DNA of 64,000 nt. Source: Caldimicrobium sp. (GTDB taxonomy: Bacteria; Desulfobacterota; Thermodesulfobacteria; Thermodesulfobacteriales; Thermodesulfobacteriaceae). The notes below the pieces were generated by a model. It made no database searches. It saw only the letters and a program-made list of their open reading frames with translations, and was not told the DNA's origin. The stretch lies in contig JANXCE010000008.1 of assembly GCA_025059715.1 (NCBI GenBank), forward strand, positions 488-64,487, in the 5' to 3' direction. A program made the position numbers and the translations under genes. Shown piece by piece: positions 1 through 10,025 of this stretch (positions are counted from its first letter, which is position 1; every line of letters begins with the position of its first letter).

Positions 1-215
1 ATTCAGAATCCAATACAGAAATACATAAAGATTCCATACTTACCTGGTTTCTCCCTTTTTCACTAAGAGGCCTGCTTAAGATTAATTTTTTGATTTCCAA
101 TTTCCCCCTTTTCCAGCATTCCCCTAAGGGGTTTAAATTTTTTATTATCCAATACCAAATTTTCCACTTTCAGGCTTAAGTCTTAAATGTATTTCTTTTG
201 TGAAATATATTTCTC

Positions 216-243
216 TTGTAAAGTTTTCTATTTGTCTTAAATT
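216..243 (+). promoter_or_regulatory. Candidate sigma70 promoter TTGTAA-N16-TAAATT
   Basis: Hexamers at 216-221 and 238-243, upstream of GGAGG RBS and ATG 274. Confidence 0.45.
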
Positions 244-273
244 TATGGAAGATCGATTCAAAAGGAGGGTATT

Positions 274-3200
274 ATGCTTTATGTAGGGCTTGATGTTGGT
301 TCAGGAACTGCAAAAGTGGCGGTATTAAATGAAGAAAGAGATCTACTTTTTTCTAACTATATCAAGACCCATGGTCAGCCCATAGAGACAGCGGAAAGAC
401 TCCTCTCCGAGGTAGAGGGTTTCTTTGGAGACAGGCTTTCCGGGATCACTTGCACAGGCACTGCAGGGAAGACCCTTTCTAAGATTTTAGGTTGTGCCTT
501 TGTAAATGAAGTCATGGCTCATGCCAAGGCAGCTACTTTTTATCATCCAGAGGTAAAGACTATAATTGATATTGGTGGCGAGGATTCCAAATTAATATTC
601 ATAACCCATGAAAGAGGCGCTCCAGAGATTGAAGAATTTGCCTTGAACACCCTTTGTGCAGCAGGCACAGGGTCTTTTCTCGAGCAACAGGCTGTAAGAC
701 TTGGTTACACCATAGAGGAGTTTTCGCAAAAGGCGTTACTTGCTAAGAATGTTCCTCGTATTGCGGGAAGATGCACTGTATTTGCTAAATCGGATATGAT
801 TCATTTGCAACAAGCAGCAGTGCCTGATGAGGAGATTATTGCTGGGCTATGCTATGCAATAATTAGGAATCTTAAAAGTAATTTAGCCAAGGGCAAACCT
901 ATTTTACCACCCTTGGTTTTTCAAGGAGGGGTGGCAGCAAATTTAGGGGTAAGGCGTGCTATAAAAGATGTGTTCAATTTGAAAGAGGAAGAGCTGATTA
1001 TTCCTGAACATTATAGAATAATGGGAGCGATTGGTGCGGCTTTATATGGTCTTGAAGGTAAGGCCACCTCTTCCTACAAAGGCTCAGAGCTACTAAGGGC
1101 CTATCTCAAAGAAAGAGCCTATGATCCCCCGAGATACCCCGTGTTATATCCCTACGAGTCTGCAGAATTATCTAGGAAAATCAGGGAAAAACTCCAGAAA
1201 TTTATTACGCGAAGCTATCCTCCAGAAAGGGAGATTAATGTCTATCTGGGGGTGGATGTAGGTTCGGTGAGCACAAAGCTGGTTGCTATTGATGAGGATG
1301 GCAATCTCCTTGCTAAGGTCTACATGTTCCATCATGGTAAACCTTTAGAAAGTATTAAAAGGGGTTTAAGGGAATTAGGGGAGAAACTTCCTGCTAAGGT
1401 AAAGGTGAAGGGAGTGGGAACCACTGGTTCAGGAAGATATTTGGTGGGAGATTTTATTGGAGCGGATGTAATTAGAAATGAAATCACTGCTCAGGCTTAT
1501 GGAGCATTATATCTTGATCCAGAGGTAGACACTATTTTTGAGATTGGTGGTCAAGATTCAAAATACATCTTTCTTGATAATGGGAGTATTGCGGATTTCA
1601 CTATGAACAAGGCCTGTGCTGCAGGAACTGGCTCTTTTTTACAAGAGCAAGGTGTCAAACTGGGAGTTCCCATAGAGAAATTTGGGGAAATAGCACTAAG
1701 GAGTAAGGCACCACTAAAGATGGGCGAAAGATGCACGGTGTTTATGCAATCGGATTTACTCCATTATCAACAACAGGGGCTTCCCAAGGAAGATCTCATT
1801 GCTGGGCTTTGCTATTCTATAGTTTATAATTATCTAAATAAGGTAGTTGAAGGAAGAAAGATTGGAAAAAAAATCTTTTTTCAAGGAGCAGTTGCGTTCA
1901 ATGAAGGCGTAGTTTCCGCCTTTGAAAAGGTTTTAGGGAAACCAATTATCGTTCCTCCAAACAATGAGGTCACTGGGGCAATAGGGGTTGCGCTATTAGC
2001 CCGAGCGGAAACCAAAGGAGAATCAAGATTTAAGGGGTTTGATTTAGCTAAGACCAGTTATCTTATCACAACCTTTGAATGTAAGCACTGTCCTAATCAG
2101 TGTGAAATTCAAAAGGTGGTCTTAGATAAAACCCAAAGTTATTTTTACGGCGGAAGATGTGATCGATATGAACTTGATCACCGAAAACCTGATGAGAGAC
2201 TTCCCAATCCAACCTTAGAGAGAGAGGCTAAGCTTCTTTCTTATTTGAGGCCTCTACCAGAGGGTGTAGATTTTGCCACAGATAATCTCATAGGAGTTCC
2301 GCGATGCCTTCAGTTTTTTGAATATCTGCCCCTCTTTGCTACCTTTTTTCAAGAATTAGGTTATCATGTATTCCTTTCTCCACCAACTTCTAAGGAGATC
2401 ATAAAGAAAGGATGTGAACTTGCTCCGGCGGAGCCCTGTTTTCCTGTAAAGATTGCTTTAGGTCAGGTAAAAACCTTGGTAGATTTGGGAGTTAAGAGAA
2501 TCTTTCTTCCTCAAATTACCGATTTACCTCCTGAGGTGCCAGAATTAAAGCTTGGCAAGATATGCCCTTGGGTGCAGAGCCTTCCTTGGATTGCTCCCGC
2601 AAGTATTCCCTTTGGAGAAAGGGGAGTTGAGGTTATCTCTCCAGTATTTCATCTTGGTAGACCCGGTTTTGTGCTAAATGAGGAGATTAAGAGATTGGCC
2701 AAGATGCTTGATGAACCTGTGGAGAAGGTAAAGAAGGCCTGGAGGGTTGCAGAAGAGGCCCAAAGGGAATTTCATCTTTGGCTCAAAAGGCGAGGCAAGG
2801 AGTTGTTAGAGGAATTTAAAGATGAGCTCGTCCTCGTGATTGTGGGAAGACCCTATAACGCCTTTGACACTGGGGCAAACTTAGCTTTACATCATAAAAT
2901 AAGGAAACTAGGACTTCTGGGCTTACCTGTAGACATGCTCCCTTTAGAGGAAGTTAAAGAATTGGAAACTTTGGAAGGGATGTATTGGGAATATGGTCAG
3001 AGGTTTCTTTTAGCTGCCCATTATCTTAGAAAAACTTCCAACTTATTTCCCATTTACTTTACTAACTTTTCCTGTGGACCCGATTCCTTTATTGCTCACT
3101 TCTTTGGAGAGTTTTTGGCAGGAAAACCCTTTATAGAGATAGAAGTAGATGAGCATAGTGCGGAAGCAGGTGTGGTTACCAGATTAGAAGCCTTTGTAGA

Positions 3201-4500
3201 TAGTCTGAAGGGTAAAAAAAGGCCCTTTGAACTTAGGAGAACCTTTAACATTCAAAGAATTCATCCTACGGAGGGAAGGACCATTTACATACCCTATATG
3301 GCGGATCATGCTCGAGCTCTGGCCGCAGCCTTTAGAGCCTGTGGAGTAAGAGCGGAGGTTTTACCAGAGCCAGATGAGGAGGCACTAGAGTTGGGTAGAA
3401 AGTGGACCTCGGGTAAAGAGTGCTATCCCACTATTCTTACCACCGGAGATTTAGTGAAATTGATTAAGAGACCGGATTTTGTTCCTGAAAGAAGCGTTTT
3501 CTTTATGCCTGATGGCTCAGGGCCCTGTAGATTTGGACAATATAATCGCCTCCATCGAAAAATTTTGAGAGACTTAGGAATTACTAATCTACCTGTTTAT
3601 TCTCCTCAGCAGGATGTGGAATTCTATGATGATTTAGGGATTGCGGGAAGAGAATTTACAAAGATCGCTTGGCGAGGAGTTGTAGCGGTAGATATTTTGG
3701 ATAAGCTTTTAAGAAGGATAAGACCCTATGCCATTGACAAAGAGGAGGTAGAAAGGCTTTACTGGGAATCCTTGGAAAAAATAGAGAAGACCATTGAAAA
3801 TAAAGGAAATTTGGCAGAAGTTCTTATAGAAATCAAAAACAAATTTGCCAGCCTTCCCTTGATAGAAGAGGAGCTCCCTGTTGTGGGAGTGGTGGGAGAA
3901 ATATATGTGAGATCTAATCGCTTTGCTAACGAGAATCTCTATCGCAATTTGGAGGATATGGGGCTTGAAGTGCTTTTACCTCCAATAGGAGAATGGATCT
4001 ACTTTATAAACTATATCTCTAAGAAATGGGCTAAAAGAATGGGGGCTATAGGCACTACTCTAAAATTCATTATTGAAAACCAGTTTCAACACAAGGAAGA
4101 AGATCATTTCGTTCAACTAGTGAGCGATCTCTTAGATGATAGAGCAAAAGAGCCCACAATCGAAGAGTTAGAAAGGCTTGCTAAGAGATTTGTGCATCCC
4201 GATTACGAAGGTGGTGAAGTGATGCTTTCTATTGGTAAGGCTGTGGAATATCTCCATAAAGGAGTTGCGGGAATAGTTAATGTTATACCCTTTGCCTGTA
4301 TGCCCGGAAATGTGCAAGCAGCTATTTTAAAGAGATTAAGAGAAGAGGTTGGTGAAAGAATTCCCCTATTAACAGTTCCCTGTGATGGGCAAAAGTCCAT
4401 GGGAGTAAGAATGCGTTTGGAGGCCTTTGTAGAACAAGTTAAGGAATTTCATAGGGCTAAAAGAAAAGAAAATATGCAAAAAAAAGCGGTAAATTTTTAA
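274..4500 (+). CDS. Fused acyl-CoA dehydratase activase protein (two BadF/BcrA-type ATPase domains + DUF2229/dehydratase-like domains); PlsA/Ger-like
   Basis: Two GxDVGS...K ATPase starts, two IGG(E/Q)DSK motifs, two CAAGTGSFL and RCTVF cluster motifs, CKHCPNQC linker, PCFPVK, FSCGPD, ECYP and PFACMP motifs; 1408 aa with RBS. Confidence 0.9.
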   Translation: MLYVGLDVGSGTAKVAVLNEERDLLFSNYIKTHGQPIETAERLLSEVEGFFGDRLSGITCTGTAGKTLSKILGCAFVNEVMAHAKAATFYHPEVKTIIDIGGEDSKLIFITHERGAPEIEEFALNTLCAAGTGSFLEQQAVRLGYTIEEFSQKALLAKNVPRIAGRCTVFAKSDMIHLQQAAVPDEEIIAGLCYAIIRNLKSNLAKGKPILPPLVFQGGVAANLGVRRAIKDVFNLKEEELIIPEHYRIMGAIGAALYGLEGKATSSYKGSELLRAYLKERAYDPPRYPVLYPYESAELSRKIREKLQKFITRSYPPEREINVYLGVDVGSVSTKLVAIDEDGNLLAKVYMFHHGKPLESIKRGLRELGEKLPAKVKVKGVGTTGSGRYLVGDFIGADVIRNEITAQAYGALYLDPEVDTIFEIGGQDSKYIFLDNGSIADFTMNKACAAGTGSFLQEQGVKLGVPIEKFGEIALRSKAPLKMGERCTVFMQSDLLHYQQQGLPKEDLIAGLCYSIVYNYLNKVVEGRKIGKKIFFQGAVAFNEGVVSAFEKVLGKPIIVPPNNEVTGAIGVALLARAETKGESRFKGFDLAKTSYLITTFECKHCPNQCEIQKVVLDKTQSYFYGGRCDRYELDHRKPDERLPNPTLEREAKLLSYLRPLPEGVDFATDNLIGVPRCLQFFEYLPLFATFFQELGYHVFLSPPTSKEIIKKGCELAPAEPCFPVKIALGQVKTLVDLGVKRIFLPQITDLPPEVPELKLGKICPWVQSLPWIAPASIPFGERGVEVISPVFHLGRPGFVLNEEIKRLAKMLDEPVEKVKKAWRVAEEAQREFHLWLKRRGKELLEEFKDELVLVIVGRPYNAFDTGANLALHHKIRKLGLLGLPVDMLPLEEVKELETLEGMYWEYGQRFLLAAHYLRKTSNLFPIYFTNFSCGPDSFIAHFFGEFLAGKPFIEIEVDEHSAEAGVVTRLEAFVDSLKGKKRPFELRRTFNIQRIHPTEGRTIYIPYMADHARALAAAFRACGVRAEVLPEPDEEALELGRKWTSGKECYPTILTTGDLVKLIKRPDFVPERSVFFMPDGSGPCRFGQYNRLHRKILRDLGITNLPVYSPQQDVEFYDDLGIAGREFTKIAWRGVVAVDILDKLLRRIRPYAIDKEEVERLYWESLEKIEKTIENKGNLAEVLIEIKNKFASLPLIEEELPVVGVVGEIYVRSNRFANENLYRNLEDMGLEVLLPPIGEWIYFINYISKKWAKRMGAIGTTLKFIIENQFQHKEEDHFVQLVSDLLDDRAKEPTIEELERLAKRFVHPDYEGGEVMLSIGKAVEYLHKGVAGIVNVIPFACMPGNVQAAILKRLREEVGERIPLLTVPCDGQKSMGVRMRLEAFVEQVKEFHRAKRKENMQKKAVNF

Positions 4501-4549
4501 AAGTTCCTATAAAATTTTTAAAATCTGGGGTTAATTTTAATAACCGAGT

Positions 4550-4578
4550 TTGATTAATTATCTGGCGTTTTATAAAAT
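4550..4578 (+). promoter_or_regulatory. Candidate sigma70 promoter TTGATT-N17-TAAAAT for the atp Fo operon
   Basis: Hexamers at 4550-4555 and 4573-4578; only 8 nt before the TTG at 4587. Confidence 0.45.
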
Positions 4579-4586
4579 AGCTTAAA

Positions 4587-4856
4587 TTGGAAGAAAAAAA
4601 GGAAGGTTCTTTTAAATTTTTATTAAGAGTTTTAGGAGAGAGTATAACCATAGGTATTGCGGTTATGGGATCAATTTTAGCTGGAGCTATCACAGGGTGG
4701 TTTGTAGAGGAAAAACTTCTCAAAGGGAAAACCTCTCCATGGATAACTACCCTATTTATAATTCTTGGAGCTATAGGAGGAATCAAAAATCTTATATATT
4801 ATAGCAAAAGGAGAATGAGAGATATAGAAGGTCCTCGCGATGAGAGGAGAAACTGA
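4587..4856 (+). CDS. AtpZ/AtpI-family small membrane protein (ATP synthase gene 1)
   Basis: Two hydrophobic helices with G-rich pattern (IGIAVMGSILAGAITGWFVEE...PWITTLFIILGAIGG); first gene of atp cluster. Confidence 0.8.
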   Translation: MEEKKEGSFKFLLRVLGESITIGIAVMGSILAGAITGWFVEEKLLKGKTSPWITTLFIILGAIGGIKNLIYYSKRRMRDIEGPRDERRN

Positions 4857-5259
4857 GAGAATTTTTAGAGAACTCAGTATTCTTATGCTGCTGAGTATGG
4901 TAACAGGTTCATTGGTTATCTTAATGTTCTTTCAAGCCTTAATACCTCTTTTATCCTTCTTTGCAGGTGCCCTTTTGGCTTATATAAATTTTTCTACTTT
5001 ACGCAAAGAGGGACAAGAGTTGCTTTTCAAGGTTTATAAAAATGTTATGGCATGTATGGAGAGGCCCTACCAAAGGGAGAGAACTCTCTTTCTAATAAAG
5101 GTTTACTTGAGACTTCTTGCCCTGGGTATTATTTTCTATTTTCTTATAGCCAAATTGTCCTTTCATCCAGTTTTTCTACTTCTCGGTTTTAGCTTGGTGT
5201 ATCTGCAAATTTTTGTAGTGATGTTTAGGTTTTGGCTTAAGAAAAGAGAAAGTTTTTAA
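4840..5259 (+). CDS. atpI: ATP synthase subunit I-like membrane protein
   Basis: Four TM segments, GALLAYINF motif, position directly before atpB. Confidence 0.75.
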   Translation: MRGETERIFRELSILMLLSMVTGSLVILMFFQALIPLLSFFAGALLAYINFSTLRKEGQELLFKVYKNVMACMERPYQRERTLFLIKVYLRLLALGIIFYFLIAKLSFHPVFLLLGFSLVYLQIFVVMFRFWLKKRESF

Positions 5260-5275
5260 GGGGAGGTAAGGAACA

Positions 5276-6022
5276 ATGGAGCATCCTATCCTCTTTTTAT
5301 GTTTGCTCTTAGAGAAATTGGGTCTTCCCTCGGGTTGGCACTACTATGAGGAGGCGGAAAAATATGGAATCCTTGCCCAACTTTTGGCTCCCCATATGGT
5401 TCACAGCTATTTAGTGGTGAGCTTAATCATTGTGCTATCCCTTTTAGCCCGGAGTAAGAGGGATTTTCTACCTGGAGCCTTTCAAAATGTCTGGGAATTT
5501 TTAGTAGAGAGTTTATACAATTTTACGAAAAGCAATCTCCCTCAGGATAAACTTGACCAACTTATGCCTACAGTATTTCCGCTAATTACCACCTATGCCC
5601 TTTATATCCTCTTTTCCAATCTTTTGGGACTTATTCCAGGATTTATGTCTCCTACAGCTAATATTAATGTAACCATGGGCTTAACCCTTATAACCATTGT
5701 GTATTATCATTACTTGGGTATTAAATACAAAGGTTTGGCCTACTTTAAGGACTTTTTAGGTCCTATTCCCTGGCTCATACCTCTTATGCTTCCTGCGGAG
5801 ATCTTTAGCCATGTAGGAAGGATTCTCTCTCTCTCTTTTCGGTTGTTTGGAAATCTGCTCTCTAAGGAGATCCTTCTGGGAATACTTACCATGCTTGGAG
5901 GAAAATTCTTTGCCCCATTACCAGTTATGATACTTGGAGTTGCGGTAGGCTTTATACAGACTTTTATTTTTGTTCTTCTGAGTCTGGTATACTTTGCGGG
6001 TGCAGTAGAGGAACATCATTAG
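5276..6022 (+). CDS. atpB: F0F1 ATP synthase subunit a
   Basis: NLLGLIPG, PTANIN, LSLSFRLFGN (essential Arg), IQTFIFVLLSLVY. Confidence 0.97.
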   Translation: MEHPILFLCLLLEKLGLPSGWHYYEEAEKYGILAQLLAPHMVHSYLVVSLIIVLSLLARSKRDFLPGAFQNVWEFLVESLYNFTKSNLPQDKLDQLMPTVFPLITTYALYILFSNLLGLIPGFMSPTANINVTMGLTLITIVYYHYLGIKYKGLAYFKDFLGPIPWLIPLMLPAEIFSHVGRILSLSFRLFGNLLSKEILLGILTMLGGKFFAPLPVMILGVAVGFIQTFIFVLLSLVYFAGAVEEHH

Positions 6023-6040
6023 AATTTTATCAAGGGGTAA

Positions 6041-6472
<432 letters not shown>

Positions 6473-6496
6473 AATAAGTTTATAGTTTCTGAGTAG

Positions 6497-6537
6497 GGGA
6501 GAACTTGAGGTTTAAAGGCTTTAAGTTCTCCCTTTTT
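6497..6537 (+). terminator. Rho-independent terminator after atpE
   Basis: GGGAGAACTT (6497-6506) pairs with AAGTTCTCCC (6523-6532), followed by a T run. Confidence 0.8.
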
Positions 6538-6555
6538 GTTGTTTTAATTCTATAA

Positions 6556-8085
6556 ATGCTTTGTAAAATTATCAGTTTTTACATCCTTGGTCTTGAGGCC
6601 TTACCAATTGAAGTGGAGGTAGATTTAGGTAGAGGGCTACCTGGAACTACTATTGTAGGGCTTCCTGATAGCAGTATCAAGGAAAGTCGTGAAAGGATAC
6701 GCACCGCCATTATCAATTCAGGTTTTGAATTTCCTCTCCAAAGAATAACTATTAATTTGTCTCCAGCAGATCTTAAAAAGGAAGGCACAGGCTTTGATTT
6801 GGCTATTGCCCTGGGTATACTTGCGGGAAGTAAACTCTTGGCAAGTGATAAATTAAAGGATATTGGAGTAATGGGTGAATTATCCCTTGATGGGTCAATT
6901 CGGGGAGTAAGAGGTATACTTTCCGCAGTAATTAAAGCTAAGGAGTTGGGATTAAGGGAAATCCTTATTCCCTATGAAAATCTACGGGAAGCATCTCTAA
7001 TTGGGGATTATTCTTTTAAACCATTTAGACATTTAAGAGAGGTAGTAGATTATTTGAGGGATGAGAGGGAACCAGTTTGGGAGAGGGTTCCTTTAAATAA
7101 TCTTGAGGAAGCGGATATCTCGGAGGATTTTAGTGAAGTCCGAGGGCAGAACTTGGCTAAGAGGGCCTTTGAAATTGCAGCGGCGGGAGGACATAACATC
7201 TTGATAATTGGACCGCCTGGTGCTGGTAAAACCATGTTAGCCCAAAGGATGCCAGGAATTTTACCCCCCATGTCTTACGAAGAAGCTATAGAGACAACCA
7301 AAATATATTCCGTGGCTGGGCTTTTAAACTCTGAAAAGCCCCTCATAAAAAGGAGACCCTTCAGAAATCCTCATTTTACCATATCTGAAGCAGGATTAAT
7401 TGGTGGAGGCACCATTCCAAAACCAGGAGAGGTTAGTCTTGCCCATCATGGTGTGCTCTTTTTGGATGAGTTCCCCGAGTTTCGCAGGGATGTAATTGAA
7501 GCTCTAAGGCAGCCCCTGGAAGATGGGTATGTAACTATTACCAGAGCTACATACACTGTGACCTATCCCGCTCAGTTTCTCCTCCTGGTTGCCATGAATC
7601 CCTGTAAGTGTGGGTTTTTAGGCCATCCTTTAAGGAGTTGCACCTGTTCCTTTCAGGAAGTTAAAAAGTATCGCTCTAAATTATCTGGCCCCATAATTGA
7701 TAGGATAGACATCCACTTAGAAGTGCCCCCAGTAGATGTCAAAGATTTACTTTATGATAGTGACGGCCCTCGGGAGAGCTCTGAAGAGATTAGAGCCAGA
7801 GTAGTAAAGGCCAGAAAATTTCAGGAAAAGAGATATGGAACTTGCAGAAAATTGAACGCTCGCCTAAAGCCAAAGGAAATAAAAAGATATTTAAAATATG
7901 AGCCTGGGGCTCTGGAGTTTTTAGAAAAGGCAGTGGAAAAATTGGGGTTTTCCGCAAGAGCTATTCATAAGGTGCTAAAAGTAGCCCGAACTATAGCAGA
8001 TTTAGAGGAGTGTGATATTATTAAAAAAGTTCACTTAAGTGAGGCCTTACAATATAGAGTTTTAGAGAGAAAGGCCTATGAGTAA
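6556..8085 (+). CDS. comM: YifB/ComM family Mg-chelatase-like AAA+ ATPase
   Basis: IVGLPD...ESRERIR, NLSPADLKKEG, GPPGAGKT, GEVSLAHHGVLFLDE, SGPIIDRID. Confidence 0.92.
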   Translation: MLCKIISFYILGLEALPIEVEVDLGRGLPGTTIVGLPDSSIKESRERIRTAIINSGFEFPLQRITINLSPADLKKEGTGFDLAIALGILAGSKLLASDKLKDIGVMGELSLDGSIRGVRGILSAVIKAKELGLREILIPYENLREASLIGDYSFKPFRHLREVVDYLRDEREPVWERVPLNNLEEADISEDFSEVRGQNLAKRAFEIAAAGGHNILIIGPPGAGKTMLAQRMPGILPPMSYEEAIETTKIYSVAGLLNSEKPLIKRRPFRNPHFTISEAGLIGGGTIPKPGEVSLAHHGVLFLDEFPEFRRDVIEALRQPLEDGYVTITRATYTVTYPAQFLLLVAMNPCKCGFLGHPLRSCTCSFQEVKKYRSKLSGPIIDRIDIHLEVPPVDVKDLLYDSDGPRESSEEIRARVVKARKFQEKRYGTCRKLNARLKPKEIKRYLKYEPGALEFLEKAVEKLGFSARAIHKVLKVARTIADLEECDIIKKVHLSEALQYRVLERKAYE

Positions 8086-8094
8086 GCATAGTTT

Positions 8095-8700
8095 ATGAGT
8101 AAGGTTAGTTTATCTGAAAAAATAAAGGTAACAACTGAACCTTGGCTTATGCCTGTAGTGAGGGTGCTTATACAATGTAGAGTTCATCCCAACGTGGTGA
8201 CCCTACTTTGTTTTTTAGGGTTTTTGGTTAGTGCTTTTTTTATAGCTCAAGGAAAATTTTTCTTGGCTGGGTTACTGCTCATCTTCTTTGCACCACTTGA
8301 TGCTATTGATGGTCTGCTTGCTCGTGCTTCAAACAGAGTCTCTTCTTTTGGTGCCTTTTTGGACTCCACCATGGATCGCTATGGAGAAATCGTCATATTT
8401 TTAAGTCTTACCTATTATTTCATACTAAAAGGTTCAATCTCTGGAATAATTCTTTGTTTTTTAGGGATTACCGGCTCTCTCATGGTGAGTTACACTCGAG
8501 CCCGAGCGGAAGGATTGGGTTTTGAATGTAAAATTGGCTTACTTACTCGATTAGAACGAATTACTCTTTTAATAATTTCCCTTATTCTGGATACAATTTT
8601 TATCTTTTTGATATTGCTCTCCCTTTTCACCCACTTAACAGCCCTTCAAAGAATATGGCACGTCTATAGGACTTCAAAGGTATATTCTGTTAATTCCTGA
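8095..8700 (+). CDS. CDP-alcohol phosphatidyltransferase (PIP/AIP-synthase-like)
   Basis: DAIDGLLAR...GAFLDSTMDRYGE signature; SYTRARAEGLG; RLER. Confidence 0.9.
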   Translation: MSKVSLSEKIKVTTEPWLMPVVRVLIQCRVHPNVVTLLCFLGFLVSAFFIAQGKFFLAGLLLIFFAPLDAIDGLLARASNRVSSFGAFLDSTMDRYGEIVIFLSLTYYFILKGSISGIILCFLGITGSLMVSYTRARAEGLGFECKIGLLTRLERITLLIISLILDTIFIFLILLSLFTHLTALQRIWHVYRTSKVYSVNS

Positions 8701-8701
8701 T

Positions 8702-8935
8702 ATGTGTCTTGCATACCCCTATCAAATCGTAGAAATTATTAATCCCTATGTTGCTAAGGCTTCCATTGATGGAGTTTCTAAGGAAATATATATATCCCTT
8801 TTAGCAGAAGAGGTTAAACCAGGAGATTGGGTTTTAGTGCATGTGGGATTTGCTATACAAAAAATAAGAGAGGAAGAGGCTATAGAAGCCCTAAATTTTT
8901 ATCGTCAACTTCTAAGTGATGAAACAGGTTTTTAA
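8702..8935 (+). CDS. hypC: Hydrogenase maturation chaperone HypC
   Basis: MCLAYP N-terminus, GDWVLVHVGFAI. Confidence 0.95.
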   Translation: MCLAYPYQIVEIINPYVAKASIDGVSKEIYISLLAEEVKPGDWVLVHVGFAIQKIREEEAIEALNFYRQLLSDETGF

Positions 8936-10025
8936 CGATATCAGGGATTCTGGGCTTTTAAAAGGCCTAATCAAACACCTTAAGACTAAACTAAAGTCAA
9001 TGGATAGACCCCTAAGGATAATGGAGTTTTGTGGTGGCCATACCCATAGTCTTTTAAGATTTGGACTCGATGAACTCCTTAGCCCTGAGGTTGAGTTTCT
9101 TCATGGTCCGGGCTGTCCTGTTTGTGTGCTTAGCGAAAGTTTATTAGAGTATGCTTTGGGGCTGGCAAAGTCTGAAAAGGTCCTCTTTGTGACCTATGGC
9201 GACCTTCTAAGAGTGCCCAATTCAAAGGGGCAATCCCTCTTGAGTTTAAGAGCGCAAGGTTATGAGATTAAAATCCTCTCCCATGCTATGGAGGCTTTTA
9301 CTTTAGCCAAGATTAATCCTCAAAAGACAATTCTCTTCTTTGCCATAGGCTTTGAAACTACAGCTCCAGCTACTGCCTTCCTCATACAAAAAGCCCATCA
9401 AGAGAACCTTAGAAATCTTCTCGTTGTCTCCAATCATCTTTTAAGCACCGCCGTGCTCGAATTTCTTCTATCCAAAGAAACACCTCCCTGGATGGATGGA
9501 ATAATCGGACCAGGTCATGTTTCCACAGTAATTGGAAGTGATAGTTTCCAAGGTATAGCTGAAAGATTTAAACTCCCAATTGTAATTGCAGGCTTTGAGC
9601 CCCTGGATCTGGTCGTAGCAGTGCATCAATTGGTTGATCTTTGCTTAAAAGGAAAGAAAGGAGTTTATAATGCTTACCAGAGGGCAGTTACACCTGAGGG
9701 TAATCTAAAAGCTAAAGCTCTCTTAGAAGAGGTATTTGTAGTGAGGGAGATATTTCCTTGGAGAGGATTAGGAGATGTCCCCAACAGTGCCTTGGCTATT
9801 AGTGAGAGATATAGTGAATATGATGGAGAAAGGATCTACCCTAAACCTACAATTATTGATACTCCTAAGGGCTGCATTTGCAACCTAATCCTTCAGGCAA
9901 AAGCTAAGCCCATAGATTGTTCTCTCTTTGGTAGGGTTTGCACTCCCTCCAAACCAATAGGGCCCTGTATGGTCTCTTCTGAAGGGGCTTGCTTAGCCTA
10001 TCACAAATTCAAAAGTATTTCTTAA
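8919..10025 (+). CDS. hypD: Hydrogenase maturation protein HypD
   Basis: MEFCGGHTH, GPGCPVC, GFETT, PGHVS, C-terminal PIGPCMVSSEGAC. Confidence 0.95.
   Translation: MKQVFNDIRDSGLLKGLIKHLKTKLKSMDRPLRIMEFCGGHTHSLLRFGLDELLSPEVEFLHGPGCPVCVLSESLLEYALGLAKSEKVLFVTYGDLLRVPNSKGQSLLSLRAQGYEIKILSHAMEAFTLAKINPQKTILFFAIGFETTAPATAFLIQKAHQENLRNLLVVSNHLLSTAVLEFLLSKETPPWMDGIIGPGHVSTVIGSDSFQGIAERFKLPIVIAGFEPLDLVVAVHQLVDLCLKGKKGVYNAYQRAVTPEGNLKAKALLEEVFVVREIFPWRGLGDVPNSALAISERYSEYDGERIYPKPTIIDTPKGCICNLILQAKAKPIDCSLFGRVCTPSKPIGPCMVSSEGACLAYHKFKSIS

Noticed and set aside
1-37. Possible 5' end of a minus-strand gene (ATG at 37, MESLCISVLDSE...) leaving the window
   Set aside because: Only 12 codons are visible and the SD is weak; cannot be supported or identified
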